Assembly: GCF_009914755.1 (NCBI RefSeq)
Contig: NC_060929.1
Strand: one strand, 5' to 3'
DNA length: 64,000 bases
DNA from: the human T2T-CHM13v2.0 reference genome, Homo sapiens
Part shown: one piece after another, positions 17,531-32,122 of the stretch
Numbering within the stretch: position 1 is the first letter of the stretch
Layout of the letters: the number at the start of each line of letters is the position of its first letter
Notes under the pieces: generated by a model
The model's database searches: none
What the model saw: the letters and a program-made list of their open reading frames with translations, nothing else
Told to the model about the DNA's origin: nothing
Translations under genes and position numbers: made by a program

Positions 17531-20500
17531 CCTCAAAGTGTTCCAAATATGCTCTTGCAGATTTTACAGAAAGAGTGTTTCAAACTGCTCTAATGAAAGA
17601 AAGGTTCAACACTGTGAGTTGAATACACACCTCACAAAGAAGTTCCTCAGAATGCTTCTGTCTAGTTTTTATGTGAAGACATTTCCTTTTACACCACAGG
17701 CCTCAAAGGAAACAAACTATCCAACAGCAGATTCTACAAAAAGAGTGTCTCAAATCTGCTCTATCAAAAGAAAAGATCGTCTCAGCGAGATAAATGCACA
17801 CATCATGAAGAAATTTCTGAGAATGCTTCTGTTTAGTTTTTATGTGAAGATATTTCCTTTTCCACAATAGACCTCAAAGCACTAAAAATATCCGCTTGAA
17901 GATTCCACAAAAAGAGTGTTATAAATCTACTCTATCAAAAGAAAGGTTCAACTCAGTGAGTTGAATGAACACATCACAAAGAAGTTTCTGAAAATGCTTC
18001 TGCCTTTTTTTATGTGAAGATATTTCCTTTTCCACCATAGGCATCAAAGCCTTCTAAATATTGACTTGCAAATTCTACAAAAAGTGTGTTTCAAAACTGC
18101 TCTATCAAAAGCAAGGTTCAACTCTGTGAGTTGAATGCACACATCACAAAGAAGTTTCTGAGAATGCTTCTGTCTAGTTTTTGGGTGAAGATACTTCGTT
18201 TTCCACCATAGGCCTCAAAGGGAACAAAATATCCACTTGCAGATTCTACAGAAAGAGTGTTTCAAAACTGCTCTATCAAAAGCAAGGTTCAACTCTGTGA
18301 GTTGAATGCACACATCACAAAGAAGTTTTGGAGAATGCTTCTGTCTAGTTTTTATGCGAAGATATTTCCTTTTCACAATAGGCCTCAAAGTGCTCCAAAT
18401 ACCCACTTGCAAATTCTACAAAAAGAGTGTCTCAGAACTGCTCTATCAGAAGAAAGGTTGAACTCTGTGAGTTGAATGCACACATCACAAAGAAGTTTCT
18501 GAGAACTCTTCTGTCTAGTGTTTATGTGAAGATATTTCGTTTTCCGCCACAGGCCTCCAAGCGCTCCAAATATCCACTTGCAGATACTACAAAAAGAGTG
18601 TTTCAAAACTGCTCTATCAGAAGAAAGGTTCAACTCTGTGTGTTGAATGCACACATCACAAAGAAGTTTCTGAGAATGCTTCTACTTTTTATGTGAAGAT
18701 ATTTCCTTTTCCACCATAGGCCTGAAACTTCTCCAAATATCCACTTGCAGATTCCACAAAAAGAGTGTTTCAAAACTGCTCTATCAAAAGAAAGGTTCCA
18801 CTCTGGGAGTTGAATGCTCACATCAAAACGAAGCTGGTGAGAATGCTTCTGTCTAGTTTTTATTTGAAGATATTTCATTTTCCAACATAGGCCTCAAAGG
18901 AAACCAAATATCCACTTGCAGATTCTTCAAAAAGAGTGTTTCAAAACTCCTCTGTCAAAAGAAACGTTAATCTCCGTGAGTTGAATGCACACATCAAAAA
19001 CAAGTTTCTGAGAATGCTTCTGTTATATTTTATGTGAAGATATTTCCTTTTCCAAAATAGGCCTCAAAGGAAACAAAATATCCACTTGCAGATTCTACTA
19101 AACGAGTGTTTCAAAACTGCTATATAAAAAGAAAAGTTTAAATCGGTGAATTGAATGCAAATATCACAAAGAAGTTTCGGAGAATGCTTCTGTCTAGCTT
19201 TTATGTGAAGATATTTCCTTTTCCACCATAGGCCTCAAAGCGCTCCAAATATCCACTTGCAGATTCTACAAAAAGAATGTTTCAAAAGTGCTCTATCAAA
19301 AGAAAAGTTTAAGACTATGAGTTGAATGCACACATCAGAAAGAAATTTTAGAGAATTCTTCTGTCTAGTTTTTATGTGAATATATTTTGTTTTCCGATAT
19401 AGGCCTCAAAGGGAACCAATTATCCCCTTTGAGATTCTACAAAAAGTGTGTTTCAAAACTGTTCTATCGAAAGAAAGGTTCAACCCTGTGAGTTGAATGC
19501 ACACATCACAAAGAAGTTCTCGGAGAATGCTTCTGTCTAGTTTTTATGTGAAGATATTACCTTTTTCAATGTAGGCCTCCAAGCGCTCCAAATATCCACT
19601 TCCAGTTTCTACAAAAAGAGTGTTTCAAAACTGATCTATCAAAAGAAATGTGCAAATCTGTGAGTTGAATGGACACATCACAAAGAAGTTTCTGAGAATG
19701 CTTGTGTCTAGTTTTTATGTGAATATATTTTCTTTTCCACCGTAGGCCTCAAAGCACTCAAAATGCCCACTTACAGATTCTACAAAAAGAGTGTTTCAAA
19801 ACTGCTCTATCAAAAGAAAGGTTGCATTCTGTGAGTTGAATGCTCACAGCACAAAGAAGTTTGTGAGAATGCTTCTGTCCATTTTTTATTTGAGGATATT
19901 TCATTTTCCAACATAGGCCTCAAAGGAAACAAAATATCCACTTGCAGACTCAACAAAAAGAGTGTTTCAAAACTGCTCTATGAAAGGAAAGTTTAATCTC
20001 TGTGAGTTGAATGCACACATCACAAAGCAGTTTTTGAGAAAGCTTCTGTCTGGTTTTCATGTGAAGATATTTCCTTTTCCACCATAGGACCCAAAGAGCT
20101 CCAAATATCCACTTGCAGAATATACAAAAGAATGTTTCAAAAGTGCTCTATCAAAAGAAAGGTTCCACTCTTTAAGTTGAATGCACACATCACAAAGAAG
20201 TTTCTGAGAATGCTTCCGTCTGGTTGTTATGCAAAGATATTACCTTTTCCAAAATAGGCCTCAACGCCCTTTAAATATCCCTTTGCAGATATTACCAAAA
20301 CAGTGTTTCAAAACTGCTCAATCAAAAGATAGGTTCAACTCTGTGAGTTGAATGCACACATCATGAAGAAGTTTCTCAGAATGCTTCTGTATAGTTTTTA
20401 TTTGAAGATTTTTTTTTTTCCACAACAGGCCACAATGGGCTCCAAATATCCACTTGCAGATACTACAAAAAGAGAGATTCAAAACTGTTCCATTAAAAGT

Positions 20501-23500
20501 TAGCTTCAACTCTGTGAGTTGAATGTACACATCCCAAAGACGTTTCTCAGAATGCTTCTGGGTAGTGTTTATTTGAGGACATTTCCTTTCCCCAATAGGC
20601 CTCAAATCGCTCCAAATATCCACATGCAGATACTGCAAAAAGAGAGATTCAAAACTGCTCAATCAAAAGATAGGTTCAACTCTGTGAGTTGAATGCACAC
20701 ATAACAACGAAGTTTCTCAGAATGCTTCTATGTAGTTTTTATGTGAAGATATCTCCTTTTCCAAAATAGGTCTCAAAGCCTTCCAAATATCCCTTTGCAG
20801 GTTCTAACAAACAGTGTTTCAAAACTGCACAACCAAAGGAAGGGACCAGCTCTGTGAGATGAGTGCACTCATCACAAAGAAGTTTCTCAGAATGCTTCTG
20901 TGTAGTTTTTCTGTGAATATATTCCCTTTTCCTCAATAGGCCTCAATGTGTTCCAAATATACACTTGCAGATTCTACGAAAAGAGAGATTAAAAACTGAA
21001 CAATCAAAACATAGGTTCAGCTCGGTGAGTTGAATGCACACATTACAAAGAAGTTACTCAGAATGCTTCTGTTTAGTTTTTATTTAAAGATATATCCTTT
21101 TCCACCATAGGCAGCCAAGGGCTCCAAATATCCACTTCCAGATCCTACAAAAAGAGAGATACAATACTGCTCAATCAAAAGATAGGTTCAACACTGTGAG
21201 GTGAATGCACACATCCTAAAGGAGTGTCTCAAAATGATTCTGCACAGTTTTCTGAGAAGATATTTCCTTTTCCACAAAAGGCCTCGGATCACTCCAAATA
21301 TCTACATGCAGATACTGCAAAAAGAGAGATTCAAACTACTAAATCAAAAGAGAGGTTCAACTCTGGGAACTGAATGCACACATCTCAAAGAAGTTTCTCT
21401 GAATGCTTCTGGGTAGCTTTTATGTGAAGATATTTCCTTTTCCACCATAGGCTTCAAAGCACTTCAAATATCCACTTGCAGAGTTTACAAAGAGTGTTTC
21501 AAAACTGCCCTAATGAAAGAAAGGTTCAGCACTGTGAGTTTAATGCACACATCACAAAGAAGTTCCTCAGAATTCTTCTGTCTAGTTTTTATGTGAAGAC
21601 ATTTCCTTTTACACCACAGGCCTCAAAGGAAACAAAGTACCCAACCGCAGATTCTACAAAAAGGGTGTCTCAAATCTGCTCTATCAAAAGAAAGGTTCGT
21701 CTCAGCGAGATAAATGCACACATCATGAAGAAATTTCTGAGAATGCTTCTGCTTAGTTTTTATGTGAAGATATTTCCTTTTCCACAATAGACATCAAAGT
21801 GCTCCAAATATCCACTTGCAGATTCCACAAAAAGAGTGTTATAAATCTGCTCTATCAAAAGAAAGGTTCAACTCAGTGAGTTGAAGGCACACATCATGAA
21901 GAAGTTTCTGAAAATGCTTCTGCCTCTTTTTTATGTGAAGATATTTCCTTTTCCACCATAGGCATCAAAGCATTCCAAGTATTCTCTTGCAGATTCTACA
22001 AAAAAGGTGTTTCAAAACTGCTCTATCAAAAGCAAGGTTCAACTCTGTGAGTTGAATGCACACATCACAAAGAAGTTTCTGAGAATGCTTCTGTCTAGTT
22101 TTTGGGTGAAGATACTTCATTTTCCACCATAGGCCTCAAAGGGAACAAAATATCCACTTGCAGATTCTACAGAAAGAGTGTTTCAAAACTCCTCTATCAA
22201 AAGAAAGTTTGAACTCTGTGAGTTGAATGTCCACATCACGAAGAACTTTCGGAGAATGCTTCTGTCTAGTTTTATGTGAAGATATTTCCTTTTCAAAATA
22301 GGCCTCAAAGCACTCCAAATATCCACTTGCAGATTCTACAAAAAGAGCGTCTCAGAACTGCTCTATTAGAAGAAAGGTTGAACTCTGTGAGTTGAATGCA
22401 CACATCACAAAGAAGTTTCTGAGAATGCTGCTGTCTAGTTTTTATGTGAAGATATTTGCTTTTCCACTATAGGCTTCAAAGGGAACAAAATATCCACTTG
22501 CAGATTATACAAAAAGAGTGTTTCCACACTGCTCTATCAAAAGAAAGGTTCAAATCTGTGAGTTGAATGCACACATCACAAGGAAGTTTCTGAGAATCCT
22601 TCTGTGTAGTTTTCATGTGAATATATTTCCCTTTCCACCATATGCCTCAAAGGGAACAAAATATCCACTTGCAGATTCTACAAAAAGAGTGTTTCAAAAC
22701 TGCTCTATCAAAAGAAAGGTTAAAGTCTGTGAATTGAATGCACACATCACAAAGTAGTTTCTGAGAATTCTTCTGTCTAGTTTTTATGTGAAGATATTTC
22801 GTTTTCCACCACAGGCCTCCAAGCGCTCCGAATATGCACTTGCAGATACTACAAAAAGAGTGTTTCAAAACTGCTCTATCAAAAGAAAGGTTCAATTCTG
22901 TGAGTTGAATGCACACATCACAAAGAAGTTTCAGAGAATGCTTCTGTCTAGTTTTTTTGTTAAGATATTTCCTTTTCCAACGTAGGCCTCCAAGCGCTCC
23001 AAGTATCCACTTGCAGGTTCTACAAAAAGAGTGTTTCAAAACTGATCTACCAAAAGAAGTGTCCAAATCTGTGAATTGAAATGACACATCACAAAGAAGT
23101 TTCTGAGCATGCTTCTGACTAGTTTTTATGTGAAGATATTTCCTTTTCCACCATAGGCATCAAAGCGCTCCAAATGTCCACTTGCAGATTCCACAAAAAA
23201 GAGTGTTTCAAAACTGCTCTATCAAAAGAAAGGTTCCACTCTGTGAGTTGAATGCTCACGTCACAAAGAAGTTTGTGAGAATGCTCTGTCTAGTTTTTAT
23301 TTGAGGATATTTCATTTTCCAACATAGGCCTCAAAGGAAACAAAATATCCACTTGCAGATTGAAGAAAAAGAGTGTTTCAAAACAGCTCTATGAAAGGAA
23401 AGGTTAATCTCTGTGAGTTGAATACACACAACAAAAAGCAGTTTTTGAGAATGCTTCTGTATGGTTTTTATGTGAAGATATTTCCTTTTCCACCATAGGA

Positions 23501-25700
23501 CCCAAAGAGCTCCAAATATCCACTTGCAGAATATACAAAAAGAAAGTTTCAAAAGTGTTGTATCAAAAGAAAGGTTCCACTCTTTGAGTTGAATGCACAC
23601 ATCACAAAGAAGTTTCTGAGAATGCTTCTGTGTAGTTTTTATTTGAAGATATTTTCTTTTCCACAACAGGCCACAATGGGCTCCAAAAAGAGAGATTCAA
23701 AACTGTTCCATCAAAAGATAAGTTCAATTCTGTGAGTTGAATGCACACATCCCAAAGATGTTTCTCAGAATGCTTCTGGGTAGTTTTTATGTGAGGATAT
23801 TTCCTTTCCACAATAGGCCTCAAATTGCTCCAAATATCCACATGCAGATACTGCAAAAAGAGACATTCAAAGCTGCTTAAGCAAAAGATAGGTTCAAATC
23901 TGTGTTTTGAATGCACACATAACAAAGAAGTTCTCAGAATGCTTCTATGCAGTTTTTATGTGAAGATATTTTCTTTTCCAAAATAGGCCTCAAAGCCCTC
24001 CAAATATCCCTATGCAGATTCTACAAAAGCAGTGTTTCAAAACTGCTCAAAGAAAAGGACCAGCTCTGTGAGATGAGTGCTCTCATCACAAAGAAGTTTC
24101 TCAGAATGTTTCTGTGTAGTTTTTCTGTGAATATATTCCCTTTTCCTCAATAGGCCTCAATGTGCTCCAAATACACACTTGCAAATTCTACAAAAAGAGA
24201 GATTCAAAACTGCTCTATCAAAATATAGGTTCAGCTCCGTGAGTTGAATGCACACATCACAAAGAAGTTTCTCAGAATGCTTCTGTTTAGTTTTTATTTG
24301 AAGATATATCTTTTTCCACCATAGGAAGCCAAGGGCTCTAAATACCCACTTCCAGATCCTAGAAAAAGAGAGATACAATAATGCTCAATCAAAAGATAGG
24401 TTCAACATTGTGTGGTGAATTCACACAACCCAAAGAAGTTTCTCTGAATGCTTCTGGGTAGTTTTTGTGTGAAGACATTTCCTTTCCCACCATAAGCCTC
24501 AAAGCGTTCCAAATGTCCACGTTCAGATTTTCCAAAAAAAGTGTTTCAAAACTGCTCTAATGAAAGAAAGTTCAACACTGTGAGTTGAATGCACACATCA
24601 CAAAGAAGTTCCTCAGAATGCTTCTGTCTAGTTTTTATGTGAAGACATTTCCTTTTACACCACAGGTCTCAAAGGAAACAAAGTATCCAGCTGCACATTC
24701 TACAAAAAGTGTGTCGCATATCTGCTCTATCAAAAGAAAGGTTCATCTCAGCGAGATAAATACACACATCATGAAGAAATTTCTGAGAATGCTTCTGTTT
24801 AGTTTTTATGTGAAGATATTTCCTTTTCCACAATAGACCTCAAAGCTCTCCAAATATCCACTTGAAGATTCCACAAAAAGACTGTTATAAATCTGCTCTA
24901 TCAAAAGAAAGGTTCAACTCAGTGAGCTGAATGCACATATCACAAAGAAGTTTCTGAAAATGCTTCTGCCTTTTTGTTTTGAGAAGATATTTCCTTTTCC
25001 ACCATAGGCATCAAGGAGTTCCAAGTATCCACTTGCAGATTCTACAAAAAGTGTGTTTCAAAACTGTTCTATCAAAAGCAAGGTTCAACTCTGTGTGTTG
25101 AATTGACACATTACAAAGAAGTTTCTGAGAATGCTTCTGTCTACTTTTGGGGTGAAGATACTTCGTTTTCTACCATAGCCCTCAAAGGGAACAAAATATC
25201 CACTTGCAAATTCTACAGAAAGAGTGTTTCAAAACTGCTCTATGAAAAGAAAGGTTGAACTCTGTGAGTTGAATGCCCACATCACAAAGAATTTTCGGAG
25301 AATGCTTCTGTCTAGTTTTATGTGAAGATATTTCCTTTTCACAGTAGGCATCAAAGTGCTCCAAATATCCACTTGCAGAAGCTACAAAAAGAGTGTCTTA
25401 GAGAACTGCTCTATCAGAAGAAAGGTTGAACTCTGTGAGTTGAATGCACACATCACAAAGAGGTTTCTGAGAATGCTTCTGTCTGATTTTTATGTGAAGA
25501 TATTTGCTTTTCCACCGTAGGCTTCAAAGGGAACAAAATATCCACTTGTAGATTGTACAAAAAGAGTGTTTCCACACTGCTCTGTCAAAAGAAAGGTTCA
25601 GATCTGTGAGTTGAATGCACACATCACAAAGAAGTTTCTGAAAATCCTTCTGTCTAGTTTTTATGTGACTGTTTCCTTTTCCACCATAGGCCTCAAAGGG
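17531..25700 (-). repeat. Alpha satellite, alternating stripes of layer-1 monomers and layer-2 monomers (CTGAGAATGCTTCTGTCTAG / CTCTATC type)
   Basis: Layer-2 words at about 17.5-20.3, 21.5-23.6 and 24.55-25.7 kb; layer-1 words at about 20.3-21.5 and 23.6-24.55 kb. Boundaries approximate. Confidence 0.85.
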
Positions 25701-28700
25701 AACCAAATATCCATTTGCAGATTCTACAAAAAGAGAGTTTCAAAACTGCTCCATGAGAAGGTATGTTTAACTCTCTGAGATGAATGCAATCATCACAAAG
25801 AAGTTTCTGAGAATGTTTCTGCCTAGTTTTTTGTGGAGATATTGCCGTTTCCAATGAAGGCCTCAAACCTGTCCAAATATACACTTGCAGATTCCACAAA
25901 AAGAGTGTTTCAAAACTGCTGTATCAAAAGAAAGGTTCAAGACTGTGAGGTGAATGCACACATCCCAAAGAAGTTTCTGAGAATGCTTCTGTCTAGTTTT
26001 TATGTGAAGATATTGCCTTTTCCCCATAGCCCTCAAAGCACTCCAAATGTATACTTACAGATTCTACATAAAGAGTGTTTCAAAACTGCTCTACCAAAAT
26101 GAAGGTTGAACTCTGTGATTTGAATGCACACATCACAAAGAAAATTCTGAGAATGCTTCTGTCTAGTTTTTATGTGAAGATATTTCCTTTTCCATCCTAT
26201 GCCTCAAAGCGTTCCAAATGTCCACTTGTAGATTCTACAAAAAGAGTGTTTCAAAGCTGCCCTATCAAAAGAGAGGTTCAACTCTGTGAGTTGAATGCAC
26301 ACAACACAAAGTGGTTTCTGAGAATGCTTCTGTCTAGTTTTTATATGAAGATATTTCCTTTTCTACCATAGGCCTCAAAGCACTCCAAATGTCCGCTTGT
26401 AGATTCTACAAAAAGAGTGTTCCAAAACTACTCTATCAAAAGGACAGTTCACATCGGTGAGCTGAATGCACACATCACAAAGAAGTTTCTGAGAATGCTT
26501 CTGTCTAGTTTTTATGTGAAGATATTCCCATTTCCAACGAAGGCCTCAAACTGGTCCAAACGTCGACTTGCAGATTCTAAAGAGTGTCTCAAAACTGTTC
26601 TATCAAAAGAAAGTTCAACTCGGTGAGTTCAATGCACACACCACAAAAAACTTTCTGAGAATGCTTCCATCTAGTATTTACGTGAACATATTTCCTTTAC
26701 CACCATAGCCCTCAATGCACTTCAAATGTCTACTTGCAGATTCTACACAAACAGTGTTTAAAAACTGCTCTATCAAAAGGAAGGTTCAAATCTCTGAGTT
26801 GAATGCACACATCTCAAAGAAGTTTCTGAGAATGCTTCTGTCTTGTTTATATGTGAAGATATTCCTATTGCCAATGAAGGCCTCAAAGCGGGCCAAACAT
26901 ACACTTACAGACCCTTCAAAAAGTATGTTTGAAAGCTGCTCTATGAAAATGTATGTTCATCTCTGGGAGATGAATGCAAACGTCACAAAGAAGTTTCTGA
27001 GAATGCTTCTACCTATTTTTTATGTGAAGATATTTCCATTTCCACCATAACCTTCCAAGTGCTCCAATGTACACTTGCAGATTCTACAAAAGGAGTATTT
27101 CAGAACTGCTCTATCATAAGGAAGATTCAACTCCGTGAGTTGAATGCAAAGATCACACAGTAGTTTCTGAGAAAGCTTCTGTCTAGTTATGAGAATATAT
27201 ACCCGTTTCCAGTGAAGGACACAAAGCACTCCAAATATCCACTTACAGATTCTACAAAAAGAGTGTTTCAAAATGCTCTTTGAAAAGGTATGTTCAACTC
27301 TGTGAGTTGAAGGCAAACATCACAAAGAAGTTTCTGAGAAGGCTTCAGTCTAGTTTTTATGTGAAGATATTTCCTTTTCCACCATAGCCATGAAAGCGCT
27401 CGAAATGTCCACTTGCAGATTCTACAAAAAGAGGGTTTCAAAACTGCTCTATCAAAAAGAGGGTTCACCTCTGTGAGTTGAACGCACACAGAACAGAGAA
27501 GTTTCTGAGAATACTTCTATCTAGTTTTTATGTGAAGAGATTCCCGTTTCCAACCAAGGCCTCAAAGTGGTCCAAATATACACTTGCAGATTTTACAAAA
27601 AGCATCTTTCAAAGCTGCTCTATGAAAACGTATGTTCAACTCTGTGAGTTGTATGCAAACATCACACAGAAGTTTCTGAGAATACTTCTGTCTAGTTTTT
27701 ATGTGAAGATACTCCCATTTCCAAAGAAGGCCTCAAAGCATTCCAAATATTCACTTGCAGATTCTACAAAAAGAATGTTTCAAATCTGCTCTATGAAAAG
27801 GTATGTTGAACTCTGTCAGTTGTATGCAAACATCACAAAGAAGTTTCTGAGAATGCTTCTATCTTTTATGTGAAGATATTTCATTTTCCACCATAACCCG
27901 CAAAGTGCTCCAAATGTACACTTGCAGATTCTACAAAAAAAGTATTTCAAAATTGCTCTATCAAATGCAAAGTTCAACTCTGTGAGTTAAACAAACAGCA
28001 CAAAGTAGTTTCTGAGAATGCTTCTGTCTAGTTATCAGAATATATACCCATTTCCAACGAAGGCCACAAAGCAGTCCAAATATCCACTTGCAGATTCTAC
28101 AAAAAGAGTGTTTAAAAACTGCTCTACCAAAAGGAAGCTTAAATTCTGTCAGGTGAATGCAGACATCACAAAGAAGTTTCTGAGAATGTTTCTGTCTAGT
28201 TTTTATATGTAGATATTCCCCTTTCCGATGAAGGCCTCAAACCGGTCCAAATATCCACTTTCAGATTCCACAAAAAGACTGTTTCAAAACTGCTCTATGA
28301 AAAGGCATGTTCAACTCTGTGAGTTGAATGCCAACTTCACAAAGAAGTTTCTGAGAATGCTTCTGTCTAGTTTTTATGTGAAGATATTTGATTTTCCACC
28401 ACAGCCCTCAAAGTGCTCCAAATGTCCACTTGCAGATTTTACAAAAAGAGTGTTTCAAAACTGCTCTATCGAAAGGAAGTTTCAAGTCTGTGAGTTGAAT
28501 GCACACAACACAAAGAAGTTTCTGAGAATGCTTCTCTCTGGTTTTTATGTGAAGATATTCCCGTTTGCAATGAAGGCCTCAAAGCAGTCCAAATATACAC
28601 TTACAGATTCTACAAAAAGAGTCTTTCACAGCTGCTCTATGAAAAGGTATGCACAACTCTGTGAGTTGAATGCAAACATCACAAAGAAGTTTCTGAGAAT

Positions 28701-29410
28701 GCTTCTATCTAGTTTTTATGTGAAAATGTTTCATTTTCCACCATAACCCTCAAAGCATTCCAAATGTACACTTGCAGATTCTACAAAAAGAGTATTTCAA
28801 AACTGCTCTATCAAAAAGTAGGTTCAACTCTGTCGGTTGAATGCGAACATCACAAAGTAGTTTCTGAGAATGCCTCTTTAAAGTTTTTATGAGAATATAA
28901 TCCCGTTTCCAAGGAGGGCCACAAAGCAGTCCAAATAACCACTTGCAGATTTTACAAAAAGAGTGTTTAAAAAAAGTCCTACAAAAGGAAGGTTCAAATC
29001 TGTTAGTTAAATGCACACATCACAAAGAAGTTTCTGAGAATGCTTCTGTCTAGTTTTTATGTGAAGATATTTCCTTTTCCACCATAGGCCTCAAAGCTCT
29101 ATAAATGTCCACTTGCAGATTCTACAAAAAGAATGTTTCAAAGCTGCTCTATCAAAAGAGAGGTTCAACTCTGTGAGTTGAATGCACACAACAAAATAGT
29201 TTCTGAGAAAGTTTCTGTCTCGTTTTTATACGAAGATATTTCCTTTTCTACAATAGGCCACAAAGCGCTCCAAATGTCTGCTTGCACATTCTACACGAAG
29301 AGTGTTTCAAAACTGCTCTATCAAAAGCAAGGTTCACATCTGTGAGTTGAATGCACACATCACAAAGCAGTTTCTGAGAATGATTCTGTCCAGTTTTTAT
29401 GGGAAAATAT

Positions 29411-29427
29411 TCCCGTTTCCGACGAAG
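29411..29427 (-). promoter_or_regulatory. CENP-B box, core intact
   Basis: Reverse complement CTTCGTCGGAAACGGGA fits NTTCGNNNNANNCGGGN. Confidence 0.8.
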
Positions 29428-30089
29428 ATCTCAAACCGGTTCAAATATCCACTTGCAGATCCCACAAAAAGAGTGTTTCAATACTGCTCTATCAAAAGCA
29501 AAGTTCACCTCTCTGAGTTGAATGCTCACATCACCAAAAGTTTCTGTGAATCCTTCTGTCGTTTATATGAAAAGATAAGTCCTTTTCCACCATAGCCCTC
29601 AAAGCTCTCCAAATGTCCACTTGCAGATTCTGCAAATAGATTGTTTTGAAACTGCTCTATCTCCTGGAAGGTTCAACACTTTGAGTTGAATGCACACATC
29701 CCAAAGAAGTTTCTGAGAATGCTTCTGTCTAGTTTTTATGTGAAGATATTTCCTTTTCCACCTTGGCCTCAAAGTGCTCCAAATATCCACTTGGACATTC
29801 TACAAAAAGAGTGTTTCAAAACAGCTCTATCAAAAGGAAGGTTCAACTCTGTGAGGTGAATGGATACATCACAAAGTAGTTTCTGAGAATGATTCTGTCT
29901 TGTTTTTATGGGAAGATATTCCCTTTTGCAAGGAAGGCCTCAAACTGGTCCAAATATCCACTTGCAGATTCCCCAAAAAGTGTGTTTCAAAACTGCTCAA
30001 TCAAAAGCAAGCTTCAACTATGTGACTTGAATGCATACATCACAAAGAAGTTTCTTAGAATGCTTCTGTCTAGATTTATGTGAAGATAT

Positions 30090-30106
30090 TCCCGTTTCCA
30101 ACGAAG
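30090..30106 (-). promoter_or_regulatory. CENP-B box, canonical
   Basis: TCCCGTTTCCAACGAAG is the reverse complement of CTTCGTTGGAAACGGGA. Confidence 0.9.
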
Positions 30107-30624
30107 GCTTCAAAGCACTCCAAATATCCACTTGCAGATTCTGCAAATAGAGTGTTTCAAAACCGCTCTATCAAAAGGAAGGTTCAACTCTGTGAGTTGA
30201 ATGCACGCATCACAAAGAAGTTTCTGAGAATGCTTCTGTCAAGTTTTTATGAGAAGATATTCCCGTTTCCAACAAAGGCCACAAAGCCATCCAAATATCC
30301 ACTTGCGGATTCTACAAAAATAGTGTTATAAAACTGCTCTATGAAAAGCTATGTTCAACTCTGTGAGTTGAATGCAGACATCACAAAGAAGTCTGTGAGA
30401 ATGCTTCTGTTTAGTTTTTATGTGAAGATATTTTCTTTTCCCCCATAGCCCTCAAAGCGCTTCAAGTGTCCACTTGCAGATTCTACAAAAAAAGTGTTTC
30501 ATAACTGCTCAATCGGAATGTCGCTTCAACTCTGTGAGTTGAATGCACACATCACAAAGAAGTTTCTGAGAATGCTTCTGCTAGTTTTTATGTGAAGATA
30601 TTTCCTCTTCCACAATAACCCTCA

Positions 30625-32122
<1,498 letters not shown>

